A stretch of 64,000 nucleotides of DNA from Macrostomum lignano (taxonomy: Eukaryota). Location: contig NIVC01000205.1 of assembly GCA_002269645.1 (NCBI GenBank), positions 1 to 64,000 of the forward strand, given 5' to 3'. Below the pieces are notes generated by a model that saw only the letters and a list, made by a program, of their open reading frames with translations, was not told the DNA's origin and did no database searches. The translations under genes and the position numbers were made by a program. Every line of letters starts with the position of its first letter. Positions within the stretch are counted from its first letter, which is position 1. Of this stretch, positions 51,115-61,302 are shown piece after piece.

Positions 51115-54100
51115 TCAGTTGAAAACGCCTGTACTGGTAGCAGAGCCGCCAGTCGCGGGCTTGCTGCTGCGGGCTACGATGCCATTAAATCGGGGCCGAT
51201 TCTTCATCTCGTAGCCAGCCTGCTTGCCTTCCATGCTGGGGTGCCTGCAGGCGGGGTTGTGAAAATATTCAGCATTAATTAATAATAATTTAATAATTGA
51301 TTACAAGTGCCCAAATTGGGCCAGATGTGCAACCGACAGCTCCTGAAGGACTGGGGGGGGGGGGTTGCCATTCACGCCTTCAATTACCCCAGCTAATGCT
51401 GGCACAGATTTTACAGCTGGGTGAACTGAAGCTGTATTTCTTGCTTAAGGATACAAATTGTTCCAGTGGGATCGGGAATCGAACCCTCGACCTTCAAGTC
51501 GTGAGTCCGACGCTCTAACCACTAGGCTACAAGCACTTAAGAACCCGATAAATGTCAGGAGCTCCATTTTAGCCACCTCTCTTGGACACGGGGATTTGCA
51601 TACCCAATTAACATCAAGCCTTCTCACTTGAGCACAGTGTCGATGGTGGGCTGTAGCTCTCGACAGATCCGACAACCGGGTCCGTGCAGCACCTCCGCAA
51701 TGTCGAAAGCTCGCTGCAAATCTTGCAGCGCCTTCTCCAGCCGGCCTTGGCTGAGCCAGAGCGAGCCAAGAAGCCGGTACGAGTCCAGCACTTGCGGCGA
51801 GAAATCGCCGTGAACTTTCGCCTTGACCTTGACGTTCTCCTGCAGTAGGCGAGCGCCTTCGTCGATTTTGTCCGCTCTAATGAGCAGCTTGGCGAGCTCG
51901 TCCTGCGCCTCGCACACTGACGGGTGCTCAGGGCCGTGCAGTTGAAGGTAGGCGGTCAGGCACTCCTGCATGTAGCTCTCGGCAGATGCCTGGGCAGCCA
52001 CGTCGCCGCACTTGGCGTAGGCTGTGGCCAGCGAGCGGGCTGTGCCAGCAGCTTCTTCAGTGAATTCGCCTTTGGCGCTGCATAAGGTGGGGGTTGGATA
52101 CTGGGATGAGTGTTTATCGGGTGTAATTGCATTGGTTCAACACAGATTTCTAAGAATTGAGCGTCTGTGTCTTGAAGGTCAGCGTCACACTGTCTTACAG
52201 GTGAGCGTCACACTGTCTTACAGGTGAGCGTCACACTGTCTTACAGGTGGAGCGTCACACTGTCTTATAGTTGAGCGTCACACTGTCTTATAGTTGAGCG
52301 TCACACTGTCTTACAGGTGAGCGTCACTGTCTTTCAGATAGGCGTCACACTGTCTTACAGGTGAGCGTCACACTGTCTTACAGGTGCACGAGCGTCACTG
52401 TCTTACAGGTGAGCGTCACACTGTCTTACAGGTGAGCGTCACACTGTCTTACAGGTAAGCGTCACACTGTCTTATAGTTGAGCGTCACACTGTTTTATAG
52501 TTGAGCGTCACACTGTCTTACAGGTGAGCGTCACTGTCTTTCAGATAGGCGTCACACTGTCTTACAGGTGAGCGTCACACTGTCTTACAGGTGCACGAGC
52601 GTCACTGTCTTACAGGTGAGCGTCACACTGTCTTACAGGTGAGCGTCACACTGTCTTACAGGTGGAGCGTCACACTGTCTTACAGGTGAGCGTCACACTG
52701 TCTTACAGGTAAGCGTCACACTGTCTTACAGGTGAGCGTCACACTGTCTTATAGTTGAGCCTAGACAACAACTTACTGAGCAGTGGCAATCTCGTGCGCC
52801 TTGAGGTACATCTCGATAGCCTTCTCGTGATTGGGAAACTCCGGCCTACACTGCTCCGTAGCGCCCACGCCCTGGTAGAGAGGCACCAGCTCTTGTGAAC
52901 CCTTGCCGTAGCGTTTCTCGCAGGCAGCGATCGCCTGTTCGTAATAGGACACCGAGGCCATCGGCTTGTTAAGTTTTGCACTGATCCTGCGCGATTGGAC
53001 CGTGGGGTGGAGGGTTGATGAGCGATTTATGCATGTTATTTAAGTTCTTAATGACTTGTCACAGATGTGTTCTGCTCTGTTTTGAACTGGTCAGTGTCTA
53101 GCAGATGAGCGCTACTGTAGCTAGTCAGTTTTTAAGAGGCTTTTGGCTGCATTTGGTGAGCACTACTGTCTAGCAGATCAACACTAGCTCCTGTCTAACA
53201 GGTGAACACTACTGTCTAGCAGGTAAACACTACTGTAACAGGTGACACTATCCTGTCTAACAGGTAATCAGGTGATCCATCAGTTGTGTACAAGTGGGAA
53301 ATACTTATTCTGTTTGAAAAATAAGAGTTTTTGATAAAAGCCCAGAAATTGATCATCATTTCATTATTGCCATCCAACTCACTTTGCCAGCGAAGTCCAA
53401 ATTTTCTGCTTGGCCTCGAGAAGGAAGTCGAACTTCACAATCGACAGCTTGGACAATTCCTGCACAACCTTCTCAGCTTTGATCAGACTCTGCTCGGCAT
53501 CTGGGAACTTTTTCAACAACGACTGAGCCCGGCCGAGAGTGTGATAGGTGACCAGACTGACCTTCAGGAACTCCAGGCGGGTCAGCTCAGAGCCAGCCAG
53601 GCCGGAGCCTGTGACATCCACTGCGGCACCGTCGAACGCTTCCTGCTGGCCAAGCAGGATGTTCTTGGCGTGCTCAGCGTGCTCCTCAGCTTGTTGAGAG
53701 AAGCCTGCACGTAGGTTATAGTAGATTATAGTTAGAAATTTAAGCTGCGGAGAATGACCGCATTTAGCGTGTTTCTAATTAGAATAGAAATAAAATGCGA
53801 TTCAACTACTCTTGTGTAGTGAAATGGTAAGTATAGTTTATCGTATCATTTTGGTGTTTTCAATTTTGCAACGATTTTGACAGTTTCATAGCAAGTCAGG
53901 GCCGGGTCTCTCTTCCTTTACCAGCGGCCAGTTTGTTTTGACGTGAAGAAGCATGATGCAGACTACTTCATTTTCGAGCTTTGTTTAAATTGTATCCCCA
54001 TTTTCGATGTCACATGAGTGGATTTGATCGCAGTTTTTTGTGCCCTGCTGTCAAACCATTGCTTTTACGATCTTAACCTAACCCTGAGTTTAAATGCTCG

Positions 54101-55058
54101 TTCGCGTTGCCATCAATCGAGCTATACCGAATGACTTGATTGATCCTTGAACTCCTATATGCATAATGAAGATAAAGTGACCCGTGACCCGTTATGGAAA
54201 TCAACAATTTTGCTTCAGAGCAACAAAACGTACAGCGCTTGCCGCGCCAAAATGAGCGCGCTGACAGCACCGAATCTGAACGTACATAATGTACATGTTG
54301 AATTCTTTGTTTTGTCCCCCCCCCACCATAAAATCCATGGCGACGCCCCTGCAGCGTGCATCCAAGAGGAAATTCGCTATAGTTTCCCTTTCCGAGTTTT
54401 GTCTAAGTAACACTTTGTCAATACTGTTTACTTACAGCCTTTGAGTCAAGACCTCACCTGTGGGCATGCATTCGAGTTTTAAATTAAAATATTAAATTTC
54501 TTTTTTGTTTCAAAGCTTTAACTCACTCGGCCCCTTGTAGTCCAGGTAGCCCTTGGCCAGTTCCGTGTAAGCTTCGGCGTACTTGAAGTGCTGCGGCCCG
54601 TAGACCAGCACGCAGAGCGCCGTCTGCCTCACCAGCTGGCGCATCGCGTTGTTCCACTGACGCCTGGCCGCAAACTTCGTCGCCAATCGTTTCGCCCGTT
54701 CAAGCAGCTCGTCGGGCGCCTGCATCGACGATCTTGACGCTTCTTCATAGTCATCCTCATCGTCATCGTTGCCACCGTTTTCGTCGTCGGCGCCTCGTTG
54801 TTTTCGTCCTCTTTTACGACGTTTGCGAGTCGCTGCAGCGGACGGAGCGTCCGCATCGGTGGGTGCTTCCGGATGACGTGGTACGCCAGGGTCGAGGTCG
54901 GACTGGTATTCGTCCGTGTCTGTTGTGTCATCATAGACAGCGGCACGGCTGGGGCTATTGTTGTCTCCACCTTCTGCCGCGGCGCCTGAATGCTCTTCGG
55001 GGTCAGAAACGTCGCTAGTGCCATCGTAGTGGCCATCTCTGTCATCGGATTCGTATCT
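51115..55058 (-). CDS. TTC23: Tetratricopeptide repeat protein 23-like (exons 55058-54527, 53704-53383, 52986-52777, 52077-51628, 51244-51115; 5' end uncertain, possible extra exon 55193-55157)
   Basis: APDELLERAKRLATKFAARRQWNNAMRQLVRQTALCVLVYGPQHFKYAEAYTELAKGYLDYKG and VHGDFSPQVLDSYRLLG...VLHGP match the TTC23/TTC23L N- and C-terminal TPR segments; all junctions are GT-AG and in phase. Confidence 0.85.
51275..51536 (-). mobile_element. tRNA-derived SINE in the last TTC23 intron
   Basis: Minus strand: A box TAGCCTAGTGGTT, B box GGTTCGATTCC, broken tRNA stems, central CCTTAAGCAAG...TTCAGTTCACCCAGCTGTAAA segment, AT-rich tail. Confidence 0.7.
52178..52762. repeat. Intronic minisatellite, 23-bp unit GAGCGTCACACTGTCTTACAGGT, about 25 copies
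   Basis: Fills most of TTC23 intron 52078-52776. Confidence 0.95.
53095..53275. repeat. Degenerate about 21-bp intronic repeat (CTACTGTCTAGCAGGTGAACA-like)
   Basis: Direct reading; inside TTC23 intron 52987-53382. Confidence 0.6.
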
Positions 55059-56480
55059 GTCAATGGAAAGTTTTTTTGTCTTTTGCTTCTTAAGACACTT
55101 CAGACTAATTATAAAGAAAAGTCGCGATTAAACTCACTGGTCAGAGTGCAGACTACCTGGTATTTTGATTTCTTTGCTTGGCATTCTTCGAATCTGAAAG
55201 CAATAAGCAAATATTGTACGCTATTCTTAAACTCTTATATTGTAGCAAATAAATAATACATAAGGAAGAAAGTGAGGAAGTTATCTGCCGTTTTAAATTT
55301 GACGGCTAGATTTATTTAGCCTAAAATTTATTCTTCGATTAAGCTTTGAACTTAGCAAATTATTCGTAGGCTTCGATCACAGGAAATTAGGGAGCTGTCT
55401 GTTTTAATTACATACATGTAATAAAATTATGAATAAAAAGCGAGGGCGATTCTTACTGAATGTTTGCACTTCGGAAACGCTGCTTTAGTCCAGGAGTTCC
55501 AAAAATATACTTTTTGTGATCCTAAAATTTGTATTTATTACTTTATTCCATTTACGGAGGAAATTCAGGCAAGGTCACTGTGCTATGTTAAAAAAAGAAT
55601 AAAATTGTTGAACTTGAACCTGAGCTCAAACAATAAATGCTTAATAAATAATATATCTAAACTATAAAATAAACTAAAATGCAAAAATTAGGTTGTATAA
55701 AACATATAAACTATTTTATAGGCAAAAGCTTTAGTGCGTATTTAAAATTTCGTTTAAGTGCTCTAATGTGAAAGTTTTTAAATTGTGAATTTTAATTTTA
55801 AAATTCGCGAAACCGCATCATCCGCGAAACCTTGTAAACTTTTTATTTTGAGTTTATTTGAGTTACGTCTAGCGTAGCATTAATTTTGACAATCAGCAGA
55901 TAGAGATATAAATAGACGCATGTGAAATGTTCGAAAGTTTTTTGCATCGTTAGCAGTTAGTGTATAATGACTATAATGTTAGCTAACGAACAAAGCCTAG
56001 AATTAAAATTTTCCATGTCAATTTATTTCTAATTCTAATTTGCTGTCGTTTAGGCCAGGGTAGGCCTATACAATACTATAATAGGCAGATATTTTGTATC
56101 ACATTTTTAAAGAAATCTAACTAAATACAGAGTATTACAGACTAGTATTAAAAGGTCAGACCAAGAGCAAGACAGTTAGACAGTAGTAAGGCAGGTAGGG
56201 TAGGGTGGCTCCCTATCCTACAATTTGTTGTTTATGATTTCAGTGACAAGTAAATAGGCCCCTATTTGTGAGAAAAAATTAAGGTCCAACAAACATGCAT
56301 AAATGATGATGATTAATAATCATTTTATTCTAGATGAGACAAGTCATCTATAAAAATATTTCATCTTGACTATGACAATAGCAAACCAAAGCTTTTAGCC
56401 TAGGAGGGTCTAGGCCCCTAGTCTATATATTATACTAAAATTAAGAATGAGAATCTTGCTTGTATGTATATACACAATCA

Positions 56481-56604
56481 ATTATCGGCTATCTTCCTCT
56501 TTCGTTCGTTTAATTCCAACCCCCACCCCCCACCACCCTTGAATAGAGGGCGAAATAATTCCGGAAATAATTAAATGAATGAAAGAGGAAGATTACCCAA
56601 TAAT
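56481..56604. mobile_element. Small foldback/MITE, about 35-bp imperfect inverted arms
   Basis: ATTATCGGCTATCTTCCTCTTTCGTTCGTTTAATT versus the reverse complement of 56569-56604, ATTATTGGGTAATCTTCCTCTTTCATTCATTTAATT. Confidence 0.6.
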
Positions 56605-57067
56605 CTCCTGAAAGACAACCAAATTTACAATTTTGTTACCAAAAGATGTCATATATTATATATATTATAGTATATATTTTTATTAAGGAGCCTCTTCATA
56701 TTGCTAGTTCCGAATTGGTTCAACGCTCTTCATATTGATGGTTTGAAAAACAGAATCAGTTTTGGAACATGGTTCTGGTTCTAGAATATGGTTCAAGAAG
56801 TCAAGAACCATTGTCATGCTTATACTTTAACAGTAAAATACATTGAAATTGTCAATTTTAATTATTGTTATATAATTATTCCATTTTTTGTCATATCCAA
56901 GAAGAAACAAACAAAGTCAAAGAATGACAAAATTAAATTGTAAAGACTGTCAAACATAAAATGGGTTTGAAGCTCCTCATTTCACACTGGTTCTAGTTCT
57001 AAAACTCAAATTTATTCTGGTTCTAGAACTGATTGCTGTGAAGAGGCACAAGTTCTAGCTCATTGCT

Positions 57068-57361
57068 CATACATGCGCAACCTCCGAAATTCAGTCGGCC
57101 ATGCGACTTAGTTTTAACAAAAATGCGACGTAGTTTTTGGCCAAAAATGCGACTTAGATGTAAAAAAACCCTAAAGCAAAATTAACGCAACTTTGGGTAA
57201 ATGGCAGGAGTAACTATGACTGTTTTATTAAGGCAAAATGCCTCATCAGCTACTTAGTACTACTACGTTATTTTTCGGGTGGGCATTTTTGCGACTTCTT
57301 TGGTTGGCCGCCAAATCGGTCGGCCAGATCGGCCAACTCGGCCGACTGTTGCGCATGTATG
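57068..57361. mobile_element. hAT-type MITE, copy 1 (294 bp)
   Basis: Perfect 14-bp TIR CATACATGCGCAAC; exact 8-bp TSD TCATTGCT. Confidence 0.9.
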
Positions 57362-57649
57362 TCATTGCTAAACTCCTAAACCCTATTGGAATAAGTGTAG
57401 GCCCAGAAAACCTGTGGATGCGCAATATGGGATCTAAAATTGTAGCTCAAAAATGCAATGCAACATAGAACATATTAACTTTTATATCAAATACAAGTAG
57501 AGTACTAACTAATTAGATGACAGGCATTTAGCCTTAATATAAAAATAGTTTGTTACTCTTGCCATTTACATAAAACTATACCATCCCATACCACTTGCCT
57601 CGATTTCAGCCACAATGCAACATTGGAAAGTTCCAAAATTGCAATAGAT

Positions 57650-57927
57650 CATACATGCGCAACCCCCTGATTTACACTGGCCATGCAACTTACTTTTTGA
57701 CCAAAAATGCAACTTACCTGGGAAAGAAACCCTAGAGCAACATTAACATAATTTTGGGTAAATGGCAGGCAGGAGTAACTATGACTGTCTCATAAGTACT
57801 AAATGCCTTATCATCTAATTAGTACTAACTACTATGTTTGTATTCTTTAGGATGGGCATTTTTGCAACTTACCCTTGGTCTACCACAATTTACAGTGGCC
57901 AGATTGGCCAGCAGTTGCACATGTATG
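57650..57927. mobile_element. hAT-type MITE, copy 2 (278 bp), same family as copy 1
   Basis: TIR CATACATGCGCAAC / GTTGCACATGTATG; exact 8-bp TSD CAATAGAT; internal sequence colinear with copy 1. Confidence 0.9.
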
Positions 57928-59460
57928 CAATAGATAGTCAAATGCCTTTTTTGTTTATTCTAATAAGCTCCTAAAGGGATTAAAAATTTAAAAAACTATT
58001 TTGAATAAGCTTTTTAGTATATTTGCAATTTGCATCTAAGTTTAATTTAATTGCTGGCAATTAAAAACTTCAAAGTTAATTTTAATGGTTGTAGGCCTAT
58101 TAGAGCCAACTGATAAAATAAATTATTGTGTCCCATTGCCAAGATAATTACTTAATTTAAATTTCCCAATTATATATACCCAATATATGACAGGATAAGC
58201 AAAAAAATTTAGATGTTAGTAGATAGCTTTATATATATTATATATATAAAATTATATATTGGCAGTAAAGATATATATATATATATACATATATGGCCTA
58301 GTTATATATTGGCAACACAAATGTGTACATTTTATTAAATATAGTCTCATGATTACTTATTGCTTTGTAGAAGTGTTATAGTTTTTTAAAAAGTAAATTT
58401 ATGCCAATAGATGCCTCTAAATGCAATATTCAAATAGAAATCCATTGTTGAACAAGATCTTAAAATAGCCATATGTTCAGGTAGGTGACTGTAACTTAAA
58501 AACTGCTTAATAAAATAGATAATTCCTTGCATTAAAATCATATTAAATTGGTACATAAAATAGTTGCTAAATGCCACATGAGGTTCTTCTAATTCTTGAA
58601 GCTTTAAAGCTTTCAATATTTATAATAAGTTTTTCCTTAAAAAGTAAATTACAGTGTATACCTTATTAGAATCCATTTTTCTATATTTGATAAAAAATAG
58701 CAATTGTTTAATGCTATAGCTTTTTATCTGAAGTATATACAAACTCATTGTTTAATTTATTTAAAAGCAGGGAAGTTTTTGTAGATGGTGGACATAGCAG
58801 CAGGTCTAAGCTTAGGCCATGATTTTAGTCAGGATTCCTGACTTTTTAGAACAAGCAAGCCCTATAGGGCCTAGATATAACTGTCCTCATCTTATCTCCT
58901 TTGCTACACCTCTTTTATCTTGTCATGTTTTATTGTGCTATGCCATACCTTTGTATCTCATTGTACCTTTCCTATTTTGCTATGATACATCATGCAAGAC
59001 CATACTTTTCCCTACCTTGCCCTTGCCATAATCTGCCACTATTATACCTGATTGTGTCTTTCCCTGCCTCACCATGCCATACCACACCATGCTATGCTGT
59101 CACCAGACTGATCTATGCTAGATGCCATCTGCCAAAATGTCTATGCTGTGGTGGCCAGACTGTCCGCAACTGGCAGCACCAGTGCAGCCGCACTGGAAAC
59201 CCCCCCCCCCAACCTCTGTCTAGCTGAGGTGGGGTGGTTGCCACCACGCTAGCCTGCTTGCTAAGCCAGGGGGTTGGCATAGCCTATCACCCCACGCCAC
59301 CTGTTCGCACCTCCCTAGGCCCCTCATGAATCTCGCGCAGTTTGTGTAAATATAAATATATTTTTGGCACCCTGAAATAAGCCCCAGAATGCTAAATGAC
59401 ACTGTGATTTTGATGCTTAAAAAACAATGGCGAACATTCATGCTGTGCTAAGAAGAAGCC

Positions 59461-59667
59461 ATGGACTCAAAGTCTGGTCAGCCTCGGCTAGCTCGTGTCA
59501 CCAAGGTGATCGGTCGCACCGGCTCCCAGGGTCAGTGCACCCAGGTGCGCGTCGAATTTCTGGACGAAAGCAGCCGGTCGATCATTCGCAACGTGAAAGG
59601 CCCGGTTCGTGAGGGTGACATCCTCACCCTGCTGGAGTCTGAGCGCGAGGCGAGAAGGCTGCGCTAA
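59461..59667 (+). CDS. RPS28: 40S ribosomal protein S28 (eS28)
   Basis: [33 protein letters not shown]...[28 protein letters not shown] is the canonical eS28 sequence; uninterrupted CDS. Confidence 0.97.
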   Translation: MDSKSGQPRLARVTKVIGRTGSQGQCTQVRVEFLDESSRSIIRNVKGPVREGDILTLLESEREARRLR

Positions 59668-59899
59668 GTGTTGCAAAATCGATGGAAGCGGTTCAAAAAT
59701 AGTTGGCAAAACTTCGAATTTTGAAGAATTCGTATTGACTGAATGTTGAAATACAACAGCTAGATCAGCTTTTAGCTGTTTCGTTTCACCAATTCAAATC
59801 TTAGCTGTGTTTTGGCAATTGAGCTGCCCTGGATTGAAAAAATAACTGGTTAATTGACTACAGTTTGTTCTGCTGAGTTGATTCTTTTTTGTGCTATCG

Positions 59900-60290
59900 T
59901 TCTCTGATCCTGAAGTGGACATTCTGATCCTGAAGTGGACATTCTGATCCTTTAGTGGACATCCTGATCCTTAAGTGGACATTCTGATCCTTGAGTGGAC
60001 ATCCTGATCCTTTAGTGGACATTCTGATCTCTTAGTGGACATCCTAATCCTTTAGTGGACATTCTGATCCTTAAGTGGACATTCTGATCCTTTGGTGGAC
60101 ATTCTGATCCTTAAGTGGACATTCTGATCCTTAAGTGGACATCCTGATCCTTTAGTGGACATTCTGATCATTTAGTGAACGTTCTGCTCCTTCGATATTA
60201 TTATCCTTCAGTGGACATCCTGATCTTTCAATGCATTTTGGTTCCTGATCATTCAGTGTACATTCTAATGCGGTAGTGGACATTGTAGTC
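59900..60290. repeat. Minisatellite, 20-bp unit CTGATCCTT(A/T)AGTGGACATT, about 14 clean copies plus a degenerate tail
   Basis: Direct reading. Confidence 0.9.
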
Positions 60291-60408
60291 TCTCGCAGAG
60301 TCTTTTATCATACTGATATTCAATTAATTCCAACATTAGAAATGAGCTGCAGATAAGGGATCCAGCCAGCGTTCTTTTGTAGATGGTAATTGCATTCAAC
60401 ACATTCCG

Positions 60409-61084
60409 CAGTGGCGTATACAGCTAGTGGGGCCAATCGCTCCCACAAAAATAGCGCGAGACAGTGGTAAGGGGCGCTCAGCATGAGACAGGGGCGCTCA
60501 GCATGAGACAGGGGCGCCCTCCATTATACAGGAGCGCCCACCATGAGACAGGGGCGCCCTCCATTATACAGAAGCGCCCACCATGAGACAGGGGCGCCCT
60601 CCATTATACAGGAGCCCCCACCATGAGACGGGCACCCTCCATAAACAGGAGCGCCCACCATGAGACAGGGGCGCCCTCCATTATACAGAAGCGCCCACCA
60701 TGAGACAGGGGCGCCCTCCATTATACAGGAGCCCCCACCATGAGACAGGGGCACCCTCCATAAACAGGAGCGCCCACCATGAGACAGGGGCGCCCTCCAT
60801 TATACAGAAGCGCCCACCATGAGACAGGGGCGCCCTCCATTATACAGGAGCCCCCACCATGAGACAGGGGCACCCTCCATAAACAGGAGCGCCCACCATG
60901 AGACAGGGGCGCCCTCCATAAACAGGAGCGCCCACAATGAGACAGGGGCACCCTCCATAAACAGGAGCGCCCACCATGAGACAGGGGCACCCTCCATAAA
61001 CAGGAGCGCCCACGAAGACACCAAATATTGCCTCCACAAAAGGGTTGCGGTCTCCTCCAATTAAAAATCTTTCGTACGCCACTG
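60409..61084. mobile_element. Non-autonomous TIR element (CAGTGGCGTA...TACGCCACTG) whose interior is a tandem array
   Basis: Perfect 10-bp inverted termini at 60409-60418 and 61075-61084; no TSD recognised. Confidence 0.6.
60468..61015. repeat. Minisatellite, 39/40-bp unit GAGACAGGGGCGCCCTCCATTATACAGGAGCGCCCACCAT (a dimer of 20-bp subunits)
   Basis: Direct reading; begins with 20-bp monomers GAGACAGGGGCGCTCAGCAT. Confidence 0.9.
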
Positions 61085-61302
61085 ACCGTCCAATTTTGAA
61101 TTTAAAAGGGTAAATATTTCCGATAGTCTTGCTGCGAAAGAAATGAAAAACACAGAAGTTCATTTGAAAACGTAACGTGACATTTCTTGCGTATATTCTT
61201 TCAAGCCTTTACTAAACTCTCTAGATTTTTCTCCACGATCATGAAATTAATTTTGCCAATAAGTGGACATTGCGTAAGACAAACTAAACAGACAGAAGTT
61301 GA

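Noticed and set aside
51460-51536. Functional tRNA gene
   Set aside because: Acceptor, anticodon and T stems are mismatched and a SINE-like body follows, so it is called a SINE.
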